DNA of 64,000 nucleotides from NCBI GenBank assembly GCA_013141115.1, contig JABFRP010000002.1, positions 834,389 to 898,388 of the forward strand, written 5' to 3'. Of this stretch, positions 31,716-42,247 are shown piece after piece (position 1 is the first letter of the stretch; the number at the start of each line of letters is the position of its first letter). Source of the stretch: Ferruginibacter sp. (GTDB lineage Bacteria; Bacteroidota; Bacteroidia; Chitinophagales; Chitinophagaceae). Made by a program: the position numbers and the translations under genes. Below the pieces are notes generated by a model. It was not told the DNA's origin and ran no database searches. It saw only the letters and a list, made by a program, of their open reading frames with translations.

Positions 31716-33167
31716 ATGCGCTATAAACTTTATACCCTTATTGCACTGGTTGCAATTGGCGTGCAGGCAGGTGCCCAGCAAAAATGGGACTTACGTAAAT
31801 GTGTTGACTATGCTATGGCTAACAACCTTACTGTAAAACAAACGGCATTACAGGAGCAATTTAGTAGCCTTACGCTTAAGCAAAGTAAGTTATCTCAATA
31901 CCCTAATGCCAGTTTTAATAATAATTTAAGTTATAACTATGGTATTGTACAAGATGCTGCTTATAATAGAGTAAATGGCGGGTCGTTTTCCTATTCTGGC
32001 AGCCTTCAAAGCAGCGTAGAAATATTTAACTGGTTTAGTAAAAAAAATACTATTGCGGCTAATGAGTGGGAAGTACAGGCTTCAAGGGCAAACACCGACA
32101 AGTTAAAAAATGATATTGCTTTAACAGTGGCAAATTTTTATCTGCAAGTATTGCTGTCTAAAGAACAAGTGTATATTGCAGAAATACAATTAAAACAAAG
32201 TCAGGCGCAATACAGCAATACCCGCAAGTTGGTTGATGCAGGCTCACTGCCTGAATTAAATGCCGCAGAACTGGAAGCACAAATTGCAAAAGATAGTGCC
32301 AACGTAATTACGGCTAAAGGCAATGTAACTTCTAATATTCTTTCTTTAAAAGCTTATATGAGTATTGATGCTGCTGAACCTTTTGAAATAGATACACCAC
32401 CAGTTGACAGGATACCAGTAGAAAATATTGCAGACTTGCAACCAGAAGCTGTGTATGCATCTGCCCTTGCCAACTTACCTCAACAACGTTACAACCAACT
32501 AAAACTTAAAGCCGCACAAAAAAGCAGGGATGCAGCCAAGGGAAGTTTATACCCAACCTTATCTGGATTTGGCAGTTTAAACTCTGGCTTTAATGATAAA
32601 ACATATGAAGTGCGTGGAGCCGATACACTTACTATACCCGTAATAAATCCGCCAAAAATTGGCTCTGTTATTGTTGGTGGCACACCCTATGATGTGCTTT
32701 CGCTGAACACTTATACCAGAGTCAATCCAATAGTTGGCAAAAGAAGTTTTTTTCCGCAGTTATCTGATAATTTCAGAAAATCAATTGGCATTAGTTTAAG
32801 TGTACCCATTTTTAATGGTGGTAGTACTCGTACTGCATGGGAAAGAAGCAAGCTTACAATAATGAATCTGGAATTGCAGCAACAGGTAGATAATCAAAAA
32901 ACAAAACAGGATATTTATACAGCTTATAATAATGCTGTAGTAGCGTTGGAAAAATTTAATGCTGGTAAAAAATCGGTGGAAACTGCAGAAAGAAGTTATG
33001 CCTTTGCAAGAAAGAGAGCGGATGTTGGCATGCTATCAACCTTTGAATTGATCACCAATCAAAATAATTTATTTACACAGCGCCTGCAAAATTCACTTAA
33101 CCAGTTTGATTATGTGTTTAAAATGAAAGTGCTGGAGTTTTACAAAGGACAGGGTTTGAAATTATAA
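31716..33167 (+). CDS. TolC family outer-membrane efflux protein
   Basis: Signal peptide and two repeated OEP coiled-coil halves. The ATG at 31716 is preferred. Confidence 0.85.
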   Translation: MRYKLYTLIALVAIGVQAGAQQKWDLRKCVDYAMANNLTVKQTALQEQFSSLTLKQSKLSQYPNASFNNNLSYNYGIVQDAAYNRVNGGSFSYSGSLQSSVEIFNWFSKKNTIAANEWEVQASRANTDKLKNDIALTVANFYLQVLLSKEQVYIAEIQLKQSQAQYSNTRKLVDAGSLPELNAAELEAQIAKDSANVITAKGNVTSNILSLKAYMSIDAAEPFEIDTPPVDRIPVENIADLQPEAVYASALANLPQQRYNQLKLKAAQKSRDAAKGSLYPTLSGFGSLNSGFNDKTYEVRGADTLTIPVINPPKIGSVIVGGTPYDVLSLNTYTRVNPIVGKRSFFPQLSDNFRKSIGISLSVPIFNGGSTRTAWERSKLTIMNLELQQQVDNQKTKQDIYTAYNNAVVALEKFNAGKKSVETAERSYAFARKRADVGMLSTFELITNQNNLFTQRLQNSLNQFDYVFKMKVLEFYKGQGLKL

Positions 33168-33325
33168 AACCCCCTCCGCCCCCTGAAGGGGGAACTTTGG
33201 AGTACATGAATTTGAAAAGATTGTTTTTAGGGTAATAAAAAATTGAATAAAGAAATAATGTACAAGAGTGCGACGCCAATGAAGTTCATAAAAGGATTTT
33301 GGCCCGGCTCACAAAAAAACAAACA

Positions 33326-34687
33326 ATGAGTAAGACGCTTAAATGGGTTTTGATTTCCGTTGGTATTTTATTAGTGGCCATGGTGGGGCTATCTAAAGCC
33401 GGTGTGTTTGGCAAAAACGAAGGCACAAAAGTTACTTCGGAAAAAGTACAGCAAAGAACCATTACAGAAATTGTAAATGCACCCGGAAAAATATATCCGG
33501 AAATTGAAGTGAAAGTAAGCCCGGATATTAGCGGCGAGATAACTGAACTGAATGTGCAGGAAGGTGATACCGTAAAAAAAGGTCAGGTGCTGGCACGCAT
33601 TTATGCAGATATATATGATATACAACGTAACCAGGCCGCAAGTGGTGTTGCACAAAGCCAGGCACAGGTAAATAATTCGCAGGCGGCATTGGATGCATTA
33701 AAAGCACAGCAGGAGCAGGCCGAAAGAACTTACAATATGCAAAAGCAATTGTTTGATGATAAAGTGATCAGCCGCAATGAATTTAATGTGGCAGAAGCCA
33801 ATTACAAAACGGCCAGGGCCAATTACAATGCTGCAGTACAGGGTATACGTGGCGGACAGGCCAGTGTACAAAGTGCACAAGCTAATTTACAAAAGGCCAA
33901 TAAAGATTTGGGCAGAACAGTAATTGTGGCCCCAACCGATGGTGTGATATCTTTATTAAATGTAAAAAAAGGAGAAAAAGTAGCGGGTAACAGTTTTAAT
34001 GTGGGTACCGAAATGATGCGTATTGCTGATATGGAAAAAATTGAGATCAGGGTTGATGTGGGTGAAAACGATATTCCTAAAGTAAAATTAGGCGATAGTG
34101 CCATTATAGAAGTGGATGCTTATACCGACAGAAAATTTAAAGGTATTGTAACACAAATTGCCAGTAGTAATAATGGTGCTGCCACACAAAGTGCATTAAG
34201 TAATACCAGCACCGATGTTACACAATACAAAGTGTACATCAGGCTATTGCCCGAAAGTTATATGGACCTGCTGGGTAAAGGCAGTTTTCCTTTCAGGCCG
34301 GGCATGAGTGCCAGTGCAGATATACAAACTAAAACACACCACAATGTTTTAAGTGTACCTATTAATGCTGTAACTACCCGTGATAAAAACGACAGTACCA
34401 AAACGGATAAAAAAACAGATCCTAATACTACTGCAAACACCAGCAGTGCTGCTGCAACTGCTTATGACGATTTGGAAGTGGTGGTTTTTGTGTTAGATAA
34501 AGAGCAAAAAATAAAAAAAGTAAAAGTAAAAACGGATATACAGGACATTAATTATATTGAAATTACCAGTGGCCTTAAAGCAGGCGATGAAGTAATTACC
34601 GGGCCTTATGATGTGGTGAGTAAAACTTTAAAAGAGGATGATAAAGTAAAAGTGGTGGATAAAAAGGAATTGTTTGATAAAAAATAA
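33326..34687 (+). CDS. efflux periplasmic adaptor (HlyD/MacA-type)
   Basis: TM anchor, biotinyl-lipoyl-like motif (VQEGDTVKKGQVLARI) and a long coiled coil. The ATG at 33326 is preferred over the TTG at 33299. Confidence 0.85.
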   Translation: MSKTLKWVLISVGILLVAMVGLSKAGVFGKNEGTKVTSEKVQQRTITEIVNAPGKIYPEIEVKVSPDISGEITELNVQEGDTVKKGQVLARIYADIYDIQRNQAASGVAQSQAQVNNSQAALDALKAQQEQAERTYNMQKQLFDDKVISRNEFNVAEANYKTARANYNAAVQGIRGGQASVQSAQANLQKANKDLGRTVIVAPTDGVISLLNVKKGEKVAGNSFNVGTEMMRIADMEKIEIRVDVGENDIPKVKLGDSAIIEVDAYTDRKFKGIVTQIASSNNGAATQSALSNTSTDVTQYKVYIRLLPESYMDLLGKGSFPFRPGMSASADIQTKTHHNVLSVPINAVTTRDKNDSTKTDKKTDPNTTANTSSAAATAYDDLEVVVFVLDKEQKIKKVKVKTDIQDINYIEITSGLKAGDEVITGPYDVVSKTLKEDDKVKVVDKKELFDKK

Positions 34688-34711
34688 TACTGCTGCCAGG
34701 TTGCAGAAAAA

Positions 34712-35434
34712 CTATTTAAATAGCTTTTCTGCAACGGCTACACTTTCGGGTTTGCCTACATCAACTAAGTTATCGCCGCTATGATCGTAGCCCATAATAA
34801 CATGTTCGGCTGCCAGATCGAGATAACTATCCATAATAGAAAATTTTCCCTGTTGCCTTATTAAAGAAAATATTTGCGGATCATAAATTACCACACAACT
34901 GTATGCTTTAGCAATAAGGTTGGGCTTGTTGATGGAAATTTTTTCCTGCCCTGTTTGCAAATTCTTCCAGCCACACAAACGGTTATCTTCATCAAACAAT
35001 AACACCCTCGACGATTTTCTATCGGTAACACCAAATGTAACCAATGGTTTATGCTGCTGATGAAAAGCCATCAGTTTATTCAGATCTAAATTGGTAAGAA
35101 TATCTACGTTTAAAGAAATAAATGGCTTGTCGCTTTCCAATAAATGCCTTGCCTTCATTAATCCGCCGCCGGTTTCCAGTACTTCATCGCTTTCATCACT
35201 GATGACAATATTGCTGCCCCAGCCTTTATTTGTTTTTATTGCATCAATTATTTGTTGAGGAAAATGATGGATGTTTACCACCACATCGGTAATGCCATAT
35301 TGCTGCAGGTACTCAATATTGCGTTGCAATAAAGATTTGCCGTTTACTATAGCTAAGGCTTTGGGATGCTTATCTGTCCATGGTTTGAAACGAGTTCCTA
35401 AACCTGCTGAAAATATTATTGCTTTACTATTCAT
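34712..35434 (-). CDS. sugar-1-phosphate nucleotidyltransferase (MurU-like)
   Basis: GLGTRFKPWTDKHPKALAIV motif. The start at M29 (35434) is preferred. Confidence 0.75.
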   Translation of the reverse strand: MNSKAIIFSAGLGTRFKPWTDKHPKALAIVNGKSLLQRNIEYLQQYGITDVVVNIHHFPQQIIDAIKTNKGWGSNIVISDESDEVLETGGGLMKARHLLESDKPFISLNVDILTNLDLNKLMAFHQQHKPLVTFGVTDRKSSRVLLFDEDNRLCGWKNLQTGQEKISINKPNLIAKAYSCVVIYDPQIFSLIRQQGKFSIMDSYLDLAAEHVIMGYDHSGDNLVDVGKPESVAVAEKLFK

Positions 35435-35634
35435 GCTTTTTATTGTTACGATTTGTTGTTTTTCGCAACTCTCATTAAATTCATTATTTACTTTTTTGCT
35501 TCTCCAAAAAAGTAACAAAAAAGGAGCTCCGAAATCGATTACAGCCCGATTTCTGGTCAGTTCCCTGATATAGCTTTTGTACTACTGTAAACTGAACATT
35601 TATAATTCAAACAACATTCTTTTTAAAATCAATA

Positions 35635-37098
35635 CTACCTAGCCGGTTTCACCTCCTCCGTTTTCCAATTTTCTTTGTTATTATGATTGAGTTCGATCTT
35701 TACCTTAAACTTATTTCTCAAATGCCTTGCAATAGCTTCGGCTGCATACACACTGCGGTGCTGGCCACCAGTGCATCCAAAGTTGATGGTTAAATGTTCA
35801 AAGCCTCTTTTAATATAGTCTTCTACCGAAATATCAACAATGCTATAAACACTGTTTAAAAAATCGGGCATCTTGGTTTGCTGTTCTAAAAAATCTTTTA
35901 CCGGTTTATCCAGTCCCGATAAATGTTTATAATCATCAAACCTGCCGGGATTTAAAATACCTCTCATATCAAAAACAAATCCGCCGCCATTTTGGGTTTC
36001 ATCTTTTGGATAACCTGTTTTTATAAAAGAAAAACTGTTTATCGTTACCACCAACGGTGTATCTGCTGTTGCCTGCACGGGAGTAAATTCCTGCACCACT
36101 TCATCGCTGATACAAATTTCCAATACCCTTTTAAATTCCGGTACGGCAATGCCCATACTTTGATTATTGATAAACCATTTTAAATTTTGCAATGCTAATG
36201 GAATGCTGGTTAAAAAGTGCGCCTTACGCTCAAACAAACCTCTAAAACCATAAGCCCCCAACACCTGCAACAAACGAATTAATACATAACCATTATACTG
36301 GCTGCGAAAAACATCCCTGTCCACTGTTTCTTCTACAATAGCTTCAAAAGAACTGATGTAATCTTCCAGCAGATCCCGTTTCCACTCATCGGGCAAATTA
36401 GCTTTTGCCTGCCATAGTAATGAAGCCACATCATATTGCGGCGCTCCCTTCATGCCGCCCTGATAATCTATAAAATGAACGCTGTTATCCTGCACCATTA
36501 TATTCCGGCTTTGAAAATCACGAAACATAAAAAACTTATACTCGGTATGCGCTAAATAATTACTCAGTGCTTCAAAGTCATCTATCAGTTTTTGTTTGTC
36601 GTACGGACGGCGCAAAGCATCTAAAAAGTAATATTTAAAATACAGCAGATCGGCCATGATAGCCTGCTTACCAAAAGCACTGTTGGTAAGGCATTTTTTA
36701 TAATTCAACTCTTCGTGCCCCTTTACCTGCAATACTGCCAACTGTTGTAAACTTTCTTTATACAGATCGTATACAGGTTGTACATAACCTAATTCTTCTA
36801 ATTTATTCAGCAGCGATACATCTCCAAAATCTTCCTGTATATAAATATCTTTTTCTTTGTTGATGGCTAATATTTGCGCTGTAGATAATCCTTTCTTTTT
36901 AAAATGTTCCGAAAAGTAAATGAAGGAATCGTTTTCTTTTATATTAGCCCCGTAAGTGGCTATAAAATTTTTATCCGCTGTATGAATACGAAAGTAATGC
37001 CGCTCGCTGCCCGCCTGTGGCAGTTTATCTATGGATACAATAGCATCTTTTGAAAATCCGGTAAAAAGTTCTTTTATTCTGTCTGTTATACTGTTCAT
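35635..37098 (-). CDS. APH-type sugar kinase (AmgK-like) fused to a RapZ C-terminal-like domain
   Basis: Kinase motifs FRDFQSRNIMV and FIDYQG. The C-terminal 130 aa carries the RapZ-type motif GCTGGQHRSV. Confidence 0.7.
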   Translation of the reverse strand: MNSITDRIKELFTGFSKDAIVSIDKLPQAGSERHYFRIHTADKNFIATYGANIKENDSFIYFSEHFKKKGLSTAQILAINKEKDIYIQEDFGDVSLLNKLEELGYVQPVYDLYKESLQQLAVLQVKGHEELNYKKCLTNSAFGKQAIMADLLYFKYYFLDALRRPYDKQKLIDDFEALSNYLAHTEYKFFMFRDFQSRNIMVQDNSVHFIDYQGGMKGAPQYDVASLLWQAKANLPDEWKRDLLEDYISSFEAIVEETVDRDVFRSQYNGYVLIRLLQVLGAYGFRGLFERKAHFLTSIPLALQNLKWFINNQSMGIAVPEFKRVLEICISDEVVQEFTPVQATADTPLVVTINSFSFIKTGYPKDETQNGGGFVFDMRGILNPGRFDDYKHLSGLDKPVKDFLEQQTKMPDFLNSVYSIVDISVEDYIKRGFEHLTINFGCTGGQHRSVYAAEAIARHLRNKFKVKIELNHNNKENWKTEEVKPAR

Positions 37099-37208
37099 TA
37101 AAATGTTTTACGATGGTAAAAATAGAATATTTATACAATACGCTACTACGCATAATAAAAACTCCGGCATGATGCCGGAGTAAATTATCATTTTCAGGGG
37201 GAATTACC

Positions 37209-40200
37209 TTACCAGTTTACTTCATCAATTTCTACCACGCCGTACTGATTATCCAACGCAATGTTTTTAATTTCCAAAGTGGCATTTTCTTTTTGAAAAT
37301 TTTTAAATACCACCACTCTTAAATAAATGGGTATTCTTTCGGCAGAATAACCATAATAATCATTGGCATTTACTTTTATGCTGTACTTTCCTTTTACAGC
37401 ATTTTTTATAGCGTATTCGCCTGCAATACCATTGTTCCAATAATTATACGCTAACTGCAGGCGGCCGCCATTGGCAGTATTAGGGTGAGTGTAATTGCAT
37501 ACCTGATTTTTAGGTTCGGTTATTTGCAAATTGTTGACGTAAGTATAATTTCCGCCGACTACAATTCGCAAATCCACAGGCAATGCTTTAATAAGATTAG
37601 GGTTGATGAATGAAATATCCAATCCTTTTATATTAAGGCTGATTATAGTATTCATTTCCGACAAGGCGTTTTCTTTGATGCTTAAAAAATTATTTTCAGC
37701 ATCTGCCACAGTAATAATTTCGTAGTATGTTTTTATTGCAGCCTGGTAATTTTTATTTTGAAAATAGGCCAATGCCATATCTCTTTTTACCGCCAGGTCT
37801 TTAGCATCATCCTGTAATATGCCTTCATAAATTTCTATGGCTGCATCAAATTTTTTCCATTTTTCTAAAGTGTAGGCAGCTATTTTTAATCCCTGGCTGC
37901 TGCCTTTGCACAATTCAATTGCGGAATACAATATCTCGGTTGCTTCTTCATTTTTTCTCTTTTCAAAAAAATAATCAGCCATATCAAAATAGAAAGCAAT
38001 GTTGGTACTGTACTCTTTTTCTAGTTTTTTAAATGCATCCCAAAGGTCGGGGTAAGCCGCTTTTCTTATATCCTCCAGGTAATCCACATCTTCCTGGTGG
38101 CTTAATTTATACTCCGTCCATTGCGGGTATTGGTAAGTGCGTTTGGCTCTTTTGGTATTCATTACAATGGCGCCATTAGCACCATCGGGGCCAAATAATG
38201 CAGCAGCAGCCGGGCCTTGTAAAACGGTTACATCTTCTATATCATCAACATTAATATCATTGGCGCCCGACATAATTGTTCCATCCACCACATACAATGG
38301 GGCACTGCCAGTACCTAAGCTATTTGCACCTCGTAGCCTGATCATTGTTTCGGCACCTAGCTTTGCGTAAGACTGACTTCTTACCTGTAAGCCCGCCACT
38401 TTACCTGCCAATGCGTTGTTGATATCAGTTTGCCTTATGGTATTTAATTGCGCTGCAGTTACATACTGTACGCTACCTGATGCTGATCTTGCAGATCTTT
38501 TAATGCCATAGGCAGCAGTTACTACCACTTCATTCAACTGGCCACCGCCGGTTACAACAGTATTACTTTGCACAAGTGCAGATGAAGCGCCTTTATCTGA
38601 TTTTGTAATTGCTGCTGCTTCATCAGTTTTTTGTACCGGAGCAGTTTTAGTTATATCGATCAATGCTTCGCCGGCGTTCCACCATCTTACTTTTTTATTG
38701 TACTCATTTGCCACGGCCTGTAAAGCATCCTGCTCTGTATATTGCTTAAGCGCTTGTATTTTATAATCGCTCCGGTACACATAATTCAACTCGGCACATT
38801 TTTCTTCCAGCTCTTTAGGTGGCGCAATTTTGTAATTGATATAATCTTCTATTCTTTCCAGCACCAAATAAGAAGTTTGCGGTGTTACCACTTTTTCTGT
38901 AAGGCCAAATACCACCATATTTTGCCAATGGTAATATTGGTAGTTATTGTACATTAAGGAGTCATATGCTTTTAGCATCAGTAATTTTTTATACGCTTCT
39001 TCGCTACAGTTATCAGTGGCAGATAAAAAATAATCCTCCGTTTTGGTAATGGCGCTATTGTTACCATACAGCAATTGCAAATTGCCCTGCTGCTGTATAG
39101 TACCACTTAGTAAAATGCTTTTACCCAATTTAATCGGAAACTGTTCTTTTATATTGATGGAATTACCATTATATTTTACAAGAAAATTTTCGGCCTTTTC
39201 TATTTTTTTAACCGCATCAGCAACTGAAGTATTATTTAGATTGATAACTGCACCGCCGCTGGTACCAGTAATAGCAAGCAGGTTTTTTAAATTATTGCTG
39301 GCAGCAGATACAATACAGTTTACTTGTATGGCGCCTGCTTTAGGCAAAGCATTGCCAATAGCATTAATACCATCAGAAAAAAGTAACACAGCATCTGCCT
39401 GCACTGTGCTAAAATTCAGGTTGCCCAATGCTGTTGCACCTTTATAGTCGTAATCCAATAAATAATTACGGATGCTGTTGAAATTATTTTTTTGGGTAGT
39501 ATACTGCAAGGTTTGCTGCAGCTTATGATTAAAGAGTGTAATGGTAGTTTTATTGATTTCATTTACAGCAATATACTTTTCTAAAAAATTAAGTTCCTTA
39601 ACCAGGTCTCTTCCTTTAGCCGATTTAGATACATCCCAGTAAACATGAATGGCTTTGGGTTGCACATTATAGTGTGTGGTGATGTTGGGAAGCACCCTCA
39701 TTAAAAAGTAAGTGGTATTATCTTTTTTAGAAAAACATACCTGCGGCAGCCTGTTTAGTTGGTTAACAGAAAAAGAGATAGGCTTATTTACACTGATATT
39801 TTTTGCCTGCCAGTTAAAAGTTGAAATATTATCTTTTGCTGTAAACAATTGATCCTGTAAAAATCCTTTATTGCCATAAGGAACAGCAATTGTATTATTA
39901 AATTTTATATCCAGCTTAAATGTTTCTGTTACATCGGTAAAATTTAAAGGCAGGTTATAAGTAAGCAAAGAACTATCCTCTTGCATAGCTTGTGTAATGG
40001 TAAAATTTATTTTGCGGCTGCTCTTTGCTGCTATAGGATAAATACGCAGGCTGTAATGATTTTGCCAGTCCATTTGTAAAATAGCGGGATCAATTCTTTT
40101 ACCTACTATTGAACTGTACGCCCTGTTAGCTTTCCATCTTTCTTCAATACTACCCTCCCGGTATTTACCATTTAAATCCAGCTGAAATGCAGTGATCACC

Positions 40201-40424
40201 TGGCCCCTGTTCAATTCAAAGGTTTGGTAGCCTTCTACTTCTTCATCCTTAGGATTATAAAATTCCAACTCTACCATTGTGGTGGCAATAAAAGCATTGG
40301 CATCAATGGAAATATTGCAGGTTTTTAATTGTACTTTCTGATCAAATAATTTTTGCTGTGCGTTACCAGTTGTAATAAATATGATTACAAAGAGGAAGGG
40401 TAAGAATATCTTGTTCATAAACAA
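37209..40424 (-). CDS. 1071 aa secreted multidomain protein: VIT, vWA, TonB-plug-like and TPR
   Basis: N-terminal VIT-like region, MIDAS motif WDVSKS, a plug-like segment (LAGKVAGLQV...LYVVDG...VTVLQGPAAAALFG) and C-terminal TPR-like helices. Confidence 0.7.
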   Translation of the reverse strand: MFMNKIFLPFLFVIIFITTGNAQQKLFDQKVQLKTCNISIDANAFIATTMVELEFYNPKDEEVEGYQTFELNRGQVITAFQLDLNGKYREGSIEERWKANRAYSSIVGKRIDPAILQMDWQNHYSLRIYPIAAKSSRKINFTITQAMQEDSSLLTYNLPLNFTDVTETFKLDIKFNNTIAVPYGNKGFLQDQLFTAKDNISTFNWQAKNISVNKPISFSVNQLNRLPQVCFSKKDNTTYFLMRVLPNITTHYNVQPKAIHVYWDVSKSAKGRDLVKELNFLEKYIAVNEINKTTITLFNHKLQQTLQYTTQKNNFNSIRNYLLDYDYKGATALGNLNFSTVQADAVLLFSDGINAIGNALPKAGAIQVNCIVSAASNNLKNLLAITGTSGGAVINLNNTSVADAVKKIEKAENFLVKYNGNSINIKEQFPIKLGKSILLSGTIQQQGNLQLLYGNNSAITKTEDYFLSATDNCSEEAYKKLLMLKAYDSLMYNNYQYYHWQNMVVFGLTEKVVTPQTSYLVLERIEDYINYKIAPPKELEEKCAELNYVYRSDYKIQALKQYTEQDALQAVANEYNKKVRWWNAGEALIDITKTAPVQKTDEAAAITKSDKGASSALVQSNTVVTGGGQLNEVVVTAAYGIKRSARSASGSVQYVTAAQLNTIRQTDINNALAGKVAGLQVRSQSYAKLGAETMIRLRGANSLGTGSAPLYVVDGTIMSGANDINVDDIEDVTVLQGPAAAALFGPDGANGAIVMNTKRAKRTYQYPQWTEYKLSHQEDVDYLEDIRKAAYPDLWDAFKKLEKEYSTNIAFYFDMADYFFEKRKNEEATEILYSAIELCKGSSQGLKIAAYTLEKWKKFDAAIEIYEGILQDDAKDLAVKRDMALAYFQNKNYQAAIKTYYEIITVADAENNFLSIKENALSEMNTIISLNIKGLDISFINPNLIKALPVDLRIVVGGNYTYVNNLQITEPKNQVCNYTHPNTANGGRLQLAYNYWNNGIAGEYAIKNAVKGKYSIKVNANDYYGYSAERIPIYLRVVVFKNFQKENATLEIKNIALDNQYGVVEIDEVNW

Positions 40425-40811
40425 TTTTTATACCTGATGCCAAAAGAAAAATTATTACATAAAATTTTTTGAGGAAATTAATATTGCTTAGTGAGATTGG
40501 TTTACTGTGGCAATTTGCTTTCAAAAAAAGTTTATGGTTGAACTAAGTAATTGCATAGCCAAAAACTGGCACATGGCTGGTTAGCTAATTTGTATTGTAT
40601 CACAATCAGGTTGTGCAATTTTGTGTATGATGACTCCTGAAGTAACATTGCGCAACAATCTATATAGCAGTAATATTAACTACTTTTTACTTCTTCCGCC
40701 AAATTGAATTACTTCAAAAAAGCGTTTCGCCTTTCATTAACACAGCATCGTAATACTTTAACACAATGTTTAAAGTGTGCCGCTTACTTTCGGTAATTAA
40801 AACTAACCTGT

Positions 40812-42179
40812 ATGAAAAAAATAATACTCCTCCCTGTTATGTCCATGTATGCACTAACTGCTTTTTGCCAACAAGATTCCTTATTAAAAAACTTTAAATT
40901 CCGTAACAGTAATTACAAGGCTATTAATTTAAATATTGGGGGCAACGGTCAATTTAATAAAACAGATTTTATTGCCGGAACCACCAAAAATTCCGGCGGT
41001 GGCGGAAGTGTTGGTGTAAACTATTACACGGCCCAAAGCACCGATAAAATACTTTTAACAGCATCCGCAGGTATTGGATCTTACTTCAATTTTGCCAAAT
41101 CAAACAATACCGGTGGGGTTAGCAGAACAAATGCCTTTTCAGTTAATCCAAACTTTAATGTATTGAATAAATGGTTTTCCAACAGTAAATTTATTGAGCT
41201 CGGTGCAGATGGCACTGCCTCTGTTTTCACAGGTAAAGACAAGAGCAATATACCCGGCACTACTTCAAAACAAAGCCAGCTTAATTATGATTTTGCCGTT
41301 AATGCAGGCATTGGAACAGGCAGACTGGAAAATATCACCGACATGCAGAATGCACTCTGGTTATCTAAAGCATTGCAAGCATCTAACAGTTTGTTACACC
41401 CATTATCCGCATCAGAATTGAATGAATTGGGCCGCACTATTACGGCAGCTAATAATACCCGTGTGCTGGATGGCAGAAAAAGAACACAATTTGTTTTGAC
41501 AACCATTGATAATTTTTTTCAGCAAAAAGGATTGATACCAAAAACCGACATTAATTATTTCAGCAACCTGAATGATATTGTATTCTTTGCTTTTAATACT
41601 CCCCGGTTATCCGGAACAGAAAAATTCATTCGATTTACACCGGCAATAACTGATTACAAAAACGATAATATGCAAAACAACAACGCCAGTAAATATGAGG
41701 GAAAAGCAAATACCAAATCTCTTGTACTGTCAACAGGTTTTAATAAATACACAGCCAGCAGTCTTATTCATCAAAATAATTATGGTGTTTCGTTAAACTT
41801 CTCTTATAATGATGTTGATTTTTCGGACAGGTATTTTATATCCGGCACAGTAACAAGTGAAGTAAAAGGAATGCTTAAAGTAAAACAAGCCAGTGTGAAT
41901 TTATTTTTTGAACATGCCATTTACCCAAATACGAGAACGATCATAAATTTTAACCTGCAACCACAATTGGGATACCAGGATGTGAATAAGCAAACCAGCC
42001 TTTTTGGCCAGGTGGATCTTACTGGTTCACTTAACTATTTTATCAGTTACCGAACAAGGTTTGTATGTAATCTTTATGGAATTTACCGTAATAATGTACA
42101 GCAAATTCAACGCCCCGTTGAATTGCTTCCCAATGCCATTCAATTAAATGCGGGTGCAGGATTAATTGTGAGTATATAA
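40812..42179 (+). CDS. secreted, probably outer-membrane beta-rich protein, unknown function
   Basis: 455 aa with a signal peptide, N/S/T-rich with alternating beta-strand-like composition. Confidence 0.55.
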   Translation: MKKIILLPVMSMYALTAFCQQDSLLKNFKFRNSNYKAINLNIGGNGQFNKTDFIAGTTKNSGGGGSVGVNYYTAQSTDKILLTASAGIGSYFNFAKSNNTGGVSRTNAFSVNPNFNVLNKWFSNSKFIELGADGTASVFTGKDKSNIPGTTSKQSQLNYDFAVNAGIGTGRLENITDMQNALWLSKALQASNSLLHPLSASELNELGRTITAANNTRVLDGRKRTQFVLTTIDNFFQQKGLIPKTDINYFSNLNDIVFFAFNTPRLSGTEKFIRFTPAITDYKNDNMQNNNASKYEGKANTKSLVLSTGFNKYTASSLIHQNNYGVSLNFSYNDVDFSDRYFISGTVTSEVKGMLKVKQASVNLFFEHAIYPNTRTIINFNLQPQLGYQDVNKQTSLFGQVDLTGSLNYFISYRTRFVCNLYGIYRNNVQQIQRPVELLPNAIQLNAGAGLIVSI

Positions 42180-42194
42180 GCGTTCTGTTAAAAT

Positions 42195-42236
42195 AATAAA
42201 TGGCCGGATTAATTATCCGGCCATTTATTATTTTAA
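42195..42236. terminator. bidirectional terminator between convergent genes
   Basis: aaatggccggat-N5-atccggccattt, flanked by A and T runs. Confidence 0.7.
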
Positions 42237-42247
42237 CCTTTTCAATC

